A DNA stretch of 63,039 nucleotides, filler included, from Choristocarpus tenellus KU-1152 (taxonomy: Eukaryota; Protista; Phaeophyceae), in NCBI GenBank assembly GCA_964200185.2. It is 14 parts of 14 records of this genome, joined end to end, with 100 filler letters (N's around TTAATTAATTAA, not from the genome) between each part and the next. Parts side by side here need not be neighbours in the genome. Positions count along the whole stretch, not along the records: positions 1 to 4,489 come from CAXNAD020014325.1; positions 4,590 to 9,251 come from CAXNAD020013570.1; positions 9,352 to 14,315 come from CAXNAD020012351.1; 11 more parts are not named here. One strand, 5' to 3'. This document shows, in pieces, positions 1 to 11,956 of this stretch (within the stretch, counting starts at the first letter, position 1; each line of letters starts with the position of its first letter). A model generated the notes under the pieces. It was not told the origin of the DNA. It saw nothing but the letters and a program-made list of their open reading frames with translations, and did not search any database. Position numbers and translations under genes: made by a program.

Positions 1-52
1 GGGGTGGGGGCGGGGGGGGATTGGATTGTTGATGCCAATTCTTGGATCTCAG

Positions 53-151
53 GTCTATGGCAGGGGTTCCCATGCGATTGTGTTCACGCAGACAAAGAGG
101 GAGTGTGATGAGCTGGCAGCGGGAGGGTCGTTCAAGACTCTAACTTCTCAG
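53..151 (+). CDS. DEAD-box RNA helicase (DDX21/DDX50/RH7-like), internal exon A
   Basis: ag|GTC...CAG|gtatg; translates VYGRGSHAIVFTQTKRECDELA...SQ (helicase motif IV). Confidence 0.9.
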
Positions 152-444
152 GTATGATGGGGTGTGGTGATTGGAAACATGACACATCGCACTTAATTGA
201 GTTCGTTGGTGTGGCTGTAGGCTGCTGCTGGTGTGAATTGAGTGTCGAGTGTAGGGCGGAATTGGTTTTGTTGCTGAATGCTCCCCTTGTTTGTGATCGT
301 GGTACCGATTTGGGCCATTGCCTTGAGAGTTTTTGTTTTGGATGTTTGTTGGAGTGAACTAGGTGGGGGGGGGTGTCTTGGATCAGGTCAACATGACGGT
401 AGTTTTTTGTTTTTTGTTTGAACAGAGGCGCACTTTACCTGCAC

Positions 445-526
445 ACTTATTTAATCACTTATTTAATCACTTATTTAATTACTTAATCACTTATTTAATT
501 ACTTAATCACTTATTTAATCACTTAC
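445..526. repeat. AT-rich minisatellite (CACTTATTTAAT)n
   Basis: Direct tandem copies of a 12-bp unit with variants, inside an intron. Confidence 0.85.
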
Positions 527-1294
527 TTGAACGTCCTTCCTCTGGAAGAGAGGGAATCGGGTGGGTAAGAAAGATGGACCCATCCCTGTCTGTCCACATC
601 ATCTGTGGTCAAAAACCTGAAAGTTGGTGTTTCACTGGGGGGGGTATTGATGCACGTACCCTCTATGCGTATGTTGTTCTTTGTGGTAGTGACTACATTG
701 TTATTATTATTATTATTATTATTGCAATCTTCCATGTCCCAATCTTAACAATTGTGCACTATTTTTTTGTTTAGTCTCATCCTGTTGTGTGAATACAGGG
801 TTTGGTATAGATAAGGATAGATTTTTAATTTATATTTGTAGGTACAGAATTTTATATTTACATATTACATACATATAGAGAGCGAGAGATTTTGTACTTA
901 AATATATATAGATACAGTTTTTTTTAATGTATATATTTAGTTGTATCGTCTCACCTCTTTTTTCGTACTCTTGGTTAATTATATTTAAAGAAAAAAAGAA
1001 TCAATCAGACTTATTTTTTTATCAACGAGGGGAAAAAAATAGACGAAAACCGGATTGTACCGCACGCACTAGTAAAAAGAACAAAAAAATGTAGACAGCT
1101 TGTTTAAAAATAAAAACAAATATATATATTTATATATATATATACATTTAAATCGTTGCTTCGGTGTCTTCGTCGCCACTACTGTGAGAGAGGGGTGGTG
1201 ATGTGTCTGAGACTGACTGACTGACTGACTGACCGACCCTGTCTGTGATAATTTGTTGATATGCCGTCTGATTTTTTTGTGATGAGAAAAACAG

Positions 1295-1454
1295 GTCCTG
1301 CACGGGGACATTGGTCAGACGCAGAGAGATGTTACAATCAATCAGTTCCGTCAGAAAAAGTTTCAGGTTCTGATAGCGACCGATGTTGCAGCGCGTGGTA
1401 TCGATGTCTCTGACGTGGACCTTGTTGTGCAGTTCCGGCCTCCCAATGACCCAG
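1295..1454 (+). CDS. DEAD-box RNA helicase (DDX21-like), exon B
   Basis: [53 protein letters not shown] (motif V); splice phases match neighbouring exons. Confidence 0.93.
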
Positions 1455-2572
1455 GTGATTTTTTATTTTTATTTTTTATTTTTTAGAAAATGAAAGAAAA
1501 AAAAGAAGTGTGTTGTGTGGTGGTGAAGATTTTTGAATGAATATTGAGTTTTTTTGTTTTGGAATGTGTTATTTTGTTATTGTTGTAAGATTTGAAAAAA
1601 ACAAAACATTCAAGTGTGTGCGTGAAGGTGCGTGTGTTACTGTGTATTTTTTTTGCATGTTTTTTTTTTATGCAGAAGCGGTTCCCGCTGTTTTTTTTTT
1701 ATATTTATTTTTTCAAGTCTGTGTTTGGTTTCATTTTTGCACATTCAATGCGTGTAGTAGATTTGTCTGGGTCTTTTCCTCAGTGGTTTTGGTACTGTGT
1801 TGAAAGGCGTGTCACCAAAATTTTGAAATGAATGAAGTACTCCTTATGCCCCCTTTTTAAACGCCCGCGGGCTATGCACGTGTGTGTTAGAATGGAAGGG
1901 AGTTGAAATATGTATGTTACTATTGGTTGACTGTGGGAGGGTTTTGATTGGTTGCAATATATTTTTTCCTCCCTCTTCTGTTGTACTTGGCGACGTACGT
2001 TGAAAGAAGAACTACATTTTTCATTTATTTGTGGTTTCATGTTTATTTTTTACAGCTTGTACTACCGCAGTGCATTTTAGTTTATGCCCCTCCCCTGCAT
2101 TTAGAATGTTACTTATCCCTTCTCCCCCCCCCCTCCCCCCCGTGAAGCACACACGATATCATGTACTCTTGGCTGATTTCTTTTTTTGTGAGGATGTCAA
2201 TCAAGGTGGAAAAATAATTTGAAAAAACTGCTGCTTGTAGTGAAATGGACAAGGCGTTTGAATTTCAAGAGGGTACAATTATGGACACCCTAGTTTTTCA
2301 CTGGCAGTTACAAACTGGTGTGCCTGTGCTCTCTGTCTCTCTCTTTTAGTCTTTTGTGACGAGATGGGGGTTGATTGTAATGTATGTATACTTCATGGTT
2401 GGTCTGAGATTGGTAAACGTTCTTACGGAGAAGTTGATGGATTTCGCAGCGAAAGAAGAAGCATTGTTGCTGGCCATGTACCAAACAGTAAAGATTTAGT
2501 CTCTCTCTCTCTCTCTCTACATAAATACATACATGGATCTCTCCTGCCCCAAAATGTATTAATAAAATACAG

Positions 2573-2733
2573 ATACGTATGTCCATCGATCTGGACGGAC
2601 TGGTAGGGCTGGGCGTTCCGGAGTGGCGGTTACTCTGTATGCCGATAATGAGGTCATGGGCATCAGAAGGATTGAGCGGGCGGTGGGTCAGGGCTTCAAG
2701 TTTGAACGGGGATCCGTGCCTTCTGCGGAACAG
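2573..2733 (+). CDS. DEAD-box RNA helicase (DDX21-like), exon C
   Basis: (D)TYVHRSGRTGRAGRSG (motif VI); phase-1 junction with exon B; ends CAG|gtgtg. Confidence 0.93.
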
Positions 2734-3114
2734 GTGTGTGTGTGTGTGTGTGTTTGTTTTTTTCCTCTCTTTTTTTGTTCTTTTGAACTGTGTGGGTGGT
2801 TTTATTTTTTTATTTTTATTTTCACTTAGGTTTTGTGTTGGTGCCGAGAGAACGTGAAGCAGTCCCAGCCCTGTGAGAACACGTGAAGAGTCAAGGGATA
2901 CGACGTTTATTGTCATTCGACAGCGACGTTTATTGTTTGGGTCAGTGGACTTGGACACCTCTTGCCTTGTAGTTTTTTATTTTTATTTTTTTCAATTGCT
3001 GTGATGTTTTGTATGTACTAGTGTGTACGTAATTTTTGTTTAGGGGTTTTGAGGGTTTGGGAGCGATGTTGTTTGGGGGGTGGTTGGTATGTATGTATGT
3101 AGGTGAATGACATG

Positions 3115-3153
<39 letters not shown>

Positions 3154-3892
3154 TTGTAGGGGAGTGTTGTGTTGGTTTAGTCAATGAAGGGGTAGGATTC
3201 AGGGTTAGGGTGAGTCTACCGTTATTTTTATTTTTTTGAGGGAAGTAATGGGTATGTCTGGTTGAAGTTGAAGGCGGGGAGAGATAGGGAGTTGTAGGTG
3301 TTGACGTTTGTTAATATGATAGTAGTTTCTTCTGTTTGATTTAGGGTTAGGGTTATGGCGTCGAGTCTGTGTTGGAATTTGGATGTGCTGAAACTTAAAA
3401 GTCAGTTGTTTTGTTGGGATTGGAAGAATATGTTTTCATTTATGGGCTGTGATGGGGGCTGATTGCCTTGTGGTGGATGAAATTTAATTCGTTATTCCAA
3501 CAGGGCAACTGAGAGTGTTTTGGCTTGCGTCTCAAGTAAAAAAGATCAATTATTACGCTTTATTATTATTATTATTTTATGTTGTAGGGTGTATCCTTTC
3601 TTGTCAAGAGGTCTTTCAACAGCATACTACCGCAGTGAAGTGAAAGCATGGATTGTCTTTGTAAGGTACATCTCCTTTTGTCGTAAGGTATTATATGTAC
3701 TACACACGAGGTGCAGTATACCGTGGGCAAAGTGTACCTTTATATGGTACACCCTTCCTTTCAATGATATTGCAGACAAAATCACCAACCGATGTGTACC
3801 CTTCTATGTCACCAACCAATGTGTGTACCCTTCTATGTCACCAACCGATCACGTACTCACTCGAATTTGTGCGTTTTTCTCCTTTGGACCAG

Positions 3893-4006
3893 GTGATGAA
3901 TCTGGCCGGTACAGTGGCGAGAGAGCAGATCAAGGCTGTGAGTGATGATATGGTGGGGTACTTTCAGGAGTCCGCAAAGGAACTTTTGGCAGAGGAAGGC
4001 ACCGAG
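3893..4006 (+). CDS. DEAD-box RNA helicase (DDX21-like), exon D
   Basis: cag|VMNLAGTVAREQIKAVSDDMVGYFQESAKELLAEEGTE|gtgat; resembles the helical region that follows the core in DDX21/RH7. Confidence 0.8.
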
Positions 4007-4489
4007 GTGATGATGAAGTTGTTGTCGGTATTTGCTTACTGTGGTAGACGCTAAGGTGATGCATAGGTGGTATGTTTGATGTGTTTGATGTAGTAAGTGT
4101 GCTGGTCTGGGAGGTAAGGGGAAATGAAGAGGATGTTTTGATTTGCGGAGGTTTGAGGAGTTTTTTTTTTGTCTGGTTGAGGTGGTAGGGGTTCTTACTT
4201 TGTCTGTACACCCCTTTGTGTACTTGGTTGGTGTTCGGAATGATTTGGCGCATGGCTTGGTTCTCCCCCCTTTCCCCCCCACTCCATTGGGTCACACTTC
4301 TATCACCATTTTGTAAAATAAAATATAATGTCCTTGATACCTTGTTACGAACTTCAGTGATTTCTGTTTTGTTCAAATGGTCTGGTTTAGTTTTTTTTTG
4401 TTGAGAGTAGGTAATATTCTCTAAAAATAGAATTTTCTTTTGGGCCCACTTGGAACGCATACACTTGTATTTTTTTTTTGGGGGGGGGG

Positions 4490-4589
4490 NNNNNNNNNNN
4501 NNNNNNNNNNNNNNNNNNNNNNNNNNNNNNNNNTTAATTAATTAANNNNNNNNNNNNNNNNNNNNNNNNNNNNNNNNNNNNNNNNNNNN
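4490..4589. other. Artificial contig spacer (N44-TTAATTAATTAA-N44); first of 13
   Basis: Same 100-bp construct with stop codons in all frames recurs 13 times. Confidence 0.98.
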
Positions 4590-5301
4590 CCCTTGGCTCC
4601 CTGTATCAGACTGGGTTTGCATGGGCGACCGGACTCCAGCAACAGACCTCTCCCATGCTGCAGGCAACCCCTTCAGCACAACAGGTAATTCTTATTCAGT
4701 GAACACCACACCCTCCTCGCTGGGTTTCAACCGGGCAGCCATTGCAGGCAGCAGTAATATGATGTCTGTCACAAAAGCATCTGTTGCTGCTGCGCTAGAT
4801 GCAAGCCAAGCAGCTGCAGATGCTGCGAAGAAGCAACACCAACGGGAGGTGGAGAGGCGTAAGCGGGAGGCGGCTGAGAAGGAACAGAAGGTCAAGGCGC
4901 GTGAGCAAGCCAAGGCGGCAGCTGCGGCAAGCAAGGCGGCGGCTGATGCAGCTGCTGAGAAGCAACGGAAGGAGGTAGAGGAACGATTGAAGCAAGAGGA
5001 GTTGAGGGAGAGGGAGAGGGAGAGGGAGAGGGAGAGGAAGTTGGCTAAGGAGCGAGAAGCGTTGGCTCTGAGAGCACGGGAAGCGGCGGCGAGGCAGGCG
5101 GCAATTGTTGCTGCGGAAGCTGAGAGGAGGTTGAGGGAGGAGGCGGCTGCAGAGTCGGAGAGACGGGCGAGGGAGGAGGCGAAGGAGAGGGCGAGAGATG
5201 CTCAGGAGAGGGCTGCGAGGGAGAGGGTCGCGTTGGTAGAGCAGCGGGTGGAGGAGGCATTAAGGGCTGGTAGGAGGGTGCTGGATGAGTGGATGATGCA
5301 G
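4590..5301 (+). CDS. SAC3/GANP-like protein, coiled-coil exon (5' boundary uncertain)
   Basis: Long E/R/A/K-rich open frame ending ATG CAG|gtggg; splices in phase 0 to 6620. Confidence 0.65.
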
Positions 5302-6619
5302 GTGGGTGTAGGTTGTTTGTTTGTATTGGGGGTTTGGGCTGGGGAATGTGCTACCGGGGGTGGTTTGCGGTGTTTTTTGGAGTTCATCCAAAAGGCTTTT
5401 TGGTGGTGGTGTCTGGAAGTGAGGTGGTGGTGATGAAAGAGGGCAGTTCTTGTTGGTGCGTGGGACAAAAAAATGGTATTACTTTGAATATTTGAAAAAG
5501 CGGTCTCTTTCTTCAATACTCTTGAGGTCCATTCCAACCTTGGCGATAGGGTTGGGTTGTTGTGCTCATCGTGTTATGACTGCAAGAGAAACCGTTGATG
5601 GTATTATTTTCAATTATTTGTACCATCCACAGTTATTTTCAGAGTGTCACACCGCTTGGTCTGCCCACTAACCATTTTTTTTAATGTGTGGATGTTAGAA
5701 ATTTCCCGTCCTACGTCATGGCCCACACAACAATAATCCCTCATCATAAAATGCTTGTTCGAGGTAGTGGTTTGGTTGCGCTCGTTGTCTGAAATCCGCA
5801 AGCAAGGCGACCACCCAAGAATAGTATACAAATTTAATGTTTTGTATTTGTTTGTGTTGTGGGGTTATTGTTCCACCTCCAGTCCGATAACTTGTGATGC
5901 TTTCCTGACCGCTTCACTCCTCAAAAAAGTCCACCATGGTCAAGAAGATTTGACCTACAGCAATTGTGTGCATGCATATTGGTTTTTAAAAGGGAAGTAA
6001 GATAATTTTTTTTTTGATGGATTACGCGGTGGAGTATGCGAAAGAAATCAAATACGGTATGATGGATACATATTATAACATCATCGGTATTATTTGTACC
6101 GTCATACAGATCCACCGAGACCCCAATATGTAGCCAGCAGTGATCCCTGATTTTTGTCAAGATTGGCATGTCACCCAGGCACCAGCTATGTTTGCTTCAC
6201 TAGTTTGGAGTATTTAGCGATGGATCCCAAGTAACGCCTCCACTGAAATCTTGGATAGGGGGGGGGGTTGGAAGGATGTCAAAACTCTCGAATTTTGTAG
6301 TTTTGAGAGTCACAAGAATGGCCTGTTCATAGCAGTAGCCGCAGTCGTTGTGAGAATGTTTGAGATTGATAAGATGTTTTGCGTCTGGGTCTGGGCAAGG
6401 ATGAAACTGATGAGATTTTAATAGCAGAGTATGTTGTGCCTCCAAGAGTCACACCCCTTCCTCTTGTGCTTCTGTTTCATTTTTTGTGTGCCTTTCCTTT
6501 CTACTTCATCCGAGGTATGTTCTAACATTCTGAACAGACACACACACACACACACACATGCATGATGTATATGCTCTGTCGTTGGGCCTACTTTATGCCT
6601 TGTCCACTGTACTGGGCAG

Positions 6620-6811
6620 CTGCCTCCTGGGGCCCTCAGGCACCGTGCAGAGCAAGTGCAGAGAGAGCGAGAAGAGCAGCAGCGTATTGGTGCTAGTATG
6701 CTGTGCGATGCACTCAACAGGGCGCTTAGGGGATGTGTTTATCGCAGGCATGCGCGAGCAATGAGGCTCTGGGCCGACGGAGCACAGCAGGAGAGGGAGA
6801 TGGAGAAGAGG
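6620..6811 (+). CDS. SAC3/GANP-like protein, internal exon
   Basis: cag|LPPGALRHRAEQVQRERE...RAMRLWADGAQQEREMEKR|gtgag; 192 nt, phase 0/0. Confidence 0.65.
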
Positions 6812-7787
6812 GTGAGAAGAAAACAATATTGAATATTGAAAATGCGTTTTTTTTCCTGGTACTTCGAAGATGTTTGGGTGTTTTTTTTGTGTGTTCAATG
6901 TATTGAGTTCGTAGTCTTAGGTGTTGTCTCAAGTGTTATCTTGAGTATGTTGTGGGGCGAGAGTGTTTTTTCTGTGTGTGTGTGTGTGTGTGTTTTTTGT
7001 TTTGTTTTGTTTTTTTACAAGAAATGTTGTGTTTGAGGTATGGGGTTAATTTTGTGGGGTTTGTATTCATTCTTCAAGGGGTTGAAAGATTGGGCGAGGG
7101 GCGGGGCGTAGGAGGTACTATACTGAATAGTATTAATCCTTCCTTAGCAGAAAAAAAAAATGAAGAATAGTTAAGCTGCAAGTTGCCCATGTTCTTCCTG
7201 ATTAGAACACCTGTCTTTCATGGTGATTCTGAGGAATGATACCCTTAGGTGTCAGTGGTCTTGGCCTTGGAACACCCCTCACACACACACACAACACATA
7301 GGTACTCCTTTTATTGACCTTGGTCTTACTCATCTTGTCTGTCTATCGACTCTTGACTATGGCTACCCCTTCTTCTGATCTAAATAGAGATTGATACAAT
7401 AAACTGAATCTCCAATGCTGTTGTTTGTGCCATGGCTGATTTGTTGCGTAAGTGGTTGAGTAGATAGATACCTTACCTGTACATGTAAGACATGTGGGCC
7501 CCACCCTGCATCATTATCATCACCCTCACTCTACCAACCCCCTACCAGATATTCTCGTCCTTACTGTGGGACCCCCATGTCACTGTTGTGCCCCCACTCA
7601 ACTATTACGCTTCCCCCTGCCCCACCCCAAGCCGAAACATACGTGCTTCCATCTTTATGCCTCAGCTAGCCCCTTCCACGCCTCCTCCTGAAAGACCTAC
7701 AACTATGGTAAATATTTATTATTTTTTCCTCAGAGTGGCATTAATAAAAAAAGAAGCAAATTTAACTTTTCTGTGTTCATGTGTTAG

Positions 7788-8365
7788 GTACGGGAAGGAA
7801 ACCGGCGCTTCAATGAGGATGCTCTACTGCGAGAGGGATCCTGGCCAGGCCGCCGCCGCAAACGCACTACCTCCATGAACCTACCAAATCATCTATCGGG
7901 TACCAACACTGCTACCATCCTTAGCAACAAGAAACCATCCCTTACAGCAGAGGCCAGAGCACGTGCTATCACCCTCTCCAACATTCGAGCCCTGGAAGCA
8001 AGGCCCCCTAGCCCGCCCCCGCGTCTATGTCTAAGCGATCTCATTGGAGGGCCCATGGCCACGCGGCAGGCAGAAGGTGCAGCAAAAGCCCTCCAAGCAG
8101 CTGGTCTGGGGGTAGGGGATGGGTCAGTGGGTGGCATGCCTCAGGATGTGTTTTGGAAGGGAGTGTTGGTGGTATCACATTTGGCGCGATTGAGGCTGGG
8201 ACCATGGTTGGAGGCCAAGCTTGAGGGACCTGTACAGGGGTACCACAGAGCCCAGGCAGCCATGGGTGAGGCTGTGGAGGTGGAAGAGGGGGAGAGGGAT
8301 GAAGGAGAGGCGGAGGAGATGGTGGCGGAGGGATGCTCAGCACGGCTCATTCATCGCTCTGTCAG
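7788..8365 (+). CDS. SAC3/GANP (MCM3AP/SAC3B)-like C-terminal region exon
   Basis: tag|VREGNRRF...; RLCLSDLIG, VFWKGVL and WLEAKL resemble, from memory, motifs C-terminal to the coiled coil in SAC3B/GANP proteins; ends cag|gtgtg. Confidence 0.55.
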
Positions 8366-9351
8366 GTGTGTACTGTGAGAATGGACAAGTTTGTAGTTGA
8401 TGCATTTTTTGATTTGTTGGTGAGTGTTTCTGTATGTTGTTCATTTTGTGGGGAGGAGGGTGGGGAGGGATCTGAAGGGTTTCTTGATGGAAGATAGTGT
8501 TAACAACTTTTGTTGATTTGGGTGGGCATTGAGACTTCTCTTGGTTTGGTTATACTTGGAGAATATGCTTCAATAGATGGTTATGCCCAGTTCGATTTTT
8601 CGATGGCGCTGTCTGTTGAATGTGGCGCAGGAGGGGAGGGGGGGAAGGTTGTCCTCTTACATAGGTGGCCTTCTCACTTGCTAGTTGACCTTAGCACACT
8701 GAGGGCGACAATCTATCATCCTTTGGTGGTGCCTCTGTGGACAACCCATGTCTTCAATAGTAACTTTCTTGGCTATTCTAGTCCTTTTCTGTTCAATGGT
8801 TACCCGTCTATCCTGCTGTTTCCCTGGGTTTACACACACACACTTGAACACACATATATCCTCTTGCCCTGCCCCTACCTCCCACCCACCACCTTTTGAC
8901 TCACTCACCGGTATACAGTGGTAATGATACACCCACCGGGGATGGGCATGGTAGAATCCGATCAGTGAGTGTATGTGTACAGCGTTTGGTGTCACAGGGT
9001 CCTGGCAACCTCCAAAGGGCTTTTGGACCATGCCAGCGAAGAGGTATAGGTGGCAACAGCAGTAGAGTGAATATGGATGGAAGGAATCCTGTAACTAGGG
9101 GGGTATCTTCTGACCTACTCTTGAGACTGAGGTCGTCGAGTGTGGTGGTGTTTGCTGCTGGAATGAAACAAACTGGGTCTAATGGGGTAAGTAGGTAGGA
9201 TTTGGGGGAGGAGGGGGGGGGAGGGGGGAGGTTGCTTTATTTATTCTTCTGNNNNNNNNNNNNNNNNNNNNNNNNNNNNNNNNNNNNNNNNNNNNTTAAT
9301 TAATTAANNNNNNNNNNNNNNNNNNNNNNNNNNNNNNNNNNNNNNNNNNNN

Positions 9352-9810
9352 CTTTCATGGTGCCTGCTAGGTATCGTAGAACATGTTGCAGCCCTTTCCA
9401 GTGTCGACTGCATGGAGATGCTGCATATCTTCCCAGTTCCCGCACACTGTTGGATAGGTCTGGTCGTGTCATCCCAGCTAGGAACTTAAGTCTCCCCAGA
9501 ATGGTGCTGTAGGCTTGTACTTCTGGTCCAGCTCCTCATCGTCAGTTCTCCTTGGGGTCAGGTCCATGCCTGGGCTTGAAGGGGATGAGGTACTCCGTAC
9601 TTACGTGGATCCAATTCCTTCACGAACAGTGCTCTCTGCGTAGAAATGTTGGTCCAGTGTGATGTCAGCCTCATCTCGGTTGATTGCCACTCCAGCTAAC
9701 TTGTCTGGGGTCCCGAGGTCCCGTCCTTCGTACTTGGTAAGCAGATTGCTCTTCATCCTCTTTATTTCTTCGTCGAAGTCTCCAGTCAACGAGATGACAT
9801 CCACGTGAAA
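9352..9810 (-). mobile_element. Ty1/copia LTR retrotransposon reverse transcriptase relic
   Basis: HVDVISLTG (YVDD-like), YEGRDLG, LDQHFYAE, MTRPDLSNSVRELGRY and HWKGLQHVLRYLAGT; frameshifted. Confidence 0.88.
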
Positions 9811-9861
9811 GAGGACATCTCATTGACTGGAGACTTCGACAAAGAAATAAAGAGGACGAAG
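9751..9861. repeat. 46-bp inverted repeat (9751-9796 / 9816-9861)
   Basis: Arms are reverse complements with 3 mismatches, 19-nt loop. Confidence 0.9.
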
Positions 9862-9865
9862 GGCA

Positions 9866-10249
9866 CTTTCACTAATGTCTTCTTGGTTTGAGGAAGGAGG
9901 AGTGGCTACCGATGTCATTTGCGCTCCGTTTTTATCCCCTCTTCTGGAAGGTCTTCTTGTCCTCTCCCTGGCTCGAACAGTCAGGGGATATTCGCTCACT
10001 TCGTGACCTAGCCCTGTGCATCTCGCACATATTTCACCCTTGTGCCTCAACGAGACTGGGAGAGGATGAAGATCAAGGTGGAAGATGTGCGAGATGTGCA
10101 GGGCTAGGTCACGAAGTGAGCGAATGTCCCCTGACTGTTCGAGTCAGGGAGAGGACAAGAAGACCTTCCAGAAGAGGGGATAAAAACGGAGCGCAAATGA
10201 CATCGGTGGCAACTCCTCCTTCCTCAAACCAAGAAGACGTTGGTGAAAG
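9866..10249. repeat. About 173-bp inverted duplication (9866-10038 / 10077-10249) of a zinc-knuckle coding segment
   Basis: Near-identical peptide CARCxGLGHEVSExPLTVRxRERTRRPSRRGDKNGAQMTSVATPPSSNQED on both strands. Confidence 0.92.
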
Positions 10250-11820
10250 AACAGATGGAATTAGAAGAGTGACCTTTGTCAGGTGTCTTCTCATTTCTTT
10301 TTTTATTAGTATTTGTGCCTCATACGTAAGTCCATGGTTATGTCAAAGTAGTTGAATGCAGATTAAAAACCCATACATATTCCCATTCATAATCCGGATG
10401 TACTATCTCAGAAGTTACATCTCTCATACACAAAATAAGATACACCTCACTATTGTCCTATTTTGCACACTCCCCCATGAGAGTGCAGGCAATGAAGGGT
10501 TGCTAGAACTCTCAAACCTAAAACGTCTTATTCTGCACACTTTGCAGGTTTCATCTTGTCGAGTATGGATTCCTGGCAAAATTAATGATGATTCAGTTTC
10601 ACACATCACATTTGATACCACAACTGATATTCCGCTCGTTAGCTATCGCTACATGCAAGCCCATCTAACCCTTTGTTCTGCTCACATCAGTCCTATACCA
10701 GATGATGGTGCCCTGCATTTGAAAGGGTTTGGGGAAAGACCTGTGCAAATGCATAGCTTCATTCAATTTCAACTAACCTTAGGAAATAGAACACGGCCTG
10801 TTCAAGCTGTTGTTTTGCCCTCCCTAGGTGTTGACACTAAGTCCTTTTGGACAATAGTACAATGGCTGCTTTTGGAGCGAAGTTGGATTGGGATAGAGAG
10901 AAAATAACACATTCTGGGAGCACAGGTCACATTCTAGCCACTCATTAGATTTCTCCTATACCCATTGTTCATCCACCTCCCATCAGTCAAAATACTGTTC
11001 ACACCTTTTCAACACAGCAGATATGACAGTGGCTACAGTATCAACTGAGTTCACTGTACCTTTACATGTAAGACGTAAGACATACTTACCCCCGGGAACC
11101 GAAACTGTTGTTTCATCGTGTTTTCAGGCCTTGCCTGGATCAGGCAAATATGCTGTGTGGTGGAGCCCCGTTGTCAAGACGAGCATGGGCTTCATCAACC
11201 AGGAATACCACAACTCTGCATGGAAAGATATCATGGTCAGTCAGTCCTTAATAGTTTGGGAAGAGGATGGATCTTGCCTAGTCAAAATTGCCAACCCTTC
11301 TAATCATGGTGTGAAAGTACCTCCTCAATTTAATGTGGGTCATACAGCACCAGTGGATCAAATTCACACCCATTCTGAAGCACAGACCAGTACCACAGCG
11401 GCTACTGCCACAATCACTCCAGAGGACCATAAACAAGCTCGTGATGAGTTAAAAGAAGATTTTGGTAAAAGAGCCCTGGTATATACAGTGTTATCTGATA
11501 ATGAGCAAGGAGAATTCCTTGACCTTGTTGCTAAATATCGATCTGTATTTTCACTCACTTCTGAGAACTCTAGGCTGTTGCAATAATGCCGGTGTTGGAT
11601 TTCCACTTAAACCAGGCACAGTTCCTGTGATCGTCCACCATATGAAACCGCACCTAATATATGTGAAACTATCCATAGCTGCGTGGAGGACATGGAAAAT
11701 CAGGGAATAATACAACCCTCCTCAAGTCCTTGGGCGTCATTGGTAACCATAGTTACAAAACCTAATGGGTCTCCTCGATTCTGTGTAGACTTCAGGCTCT
11801 CATTGAACAAGGATTTGGTA
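10077..11820 (+). mobile_element. Ty3/gypsy LTR retrotransposon relic (CCHC knuckle, aspartic protease, RT start)
   Basis: CARCAGLGHEVSEC; ITFDTT (DTG-like); GIIQPSSSPWASLVTIVTKPNGSPRFCVDFR; stops and frameshifts; truncated at a MITE half. Confidence 0.85.
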
Positions 11821-11956
11821 CGTTATGAAAAGGTGTGCTCGGAAAAAGGATATTGACACCTCCTAACAAACATGATAGCCAAAATTATGTCAAAATTCAA
11901 AATTGGAGTTTGACCCCCAAATGGACGCGACTCTACCCTCTAAGATACTTTGACTC
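11818..11956 (+). mobile_element. MITE family A, 3' half
   Basis: Matches the right part of 30310-30586; ends TACCCTCTAAGATACTTTGACTC. Confidence 0.88.
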
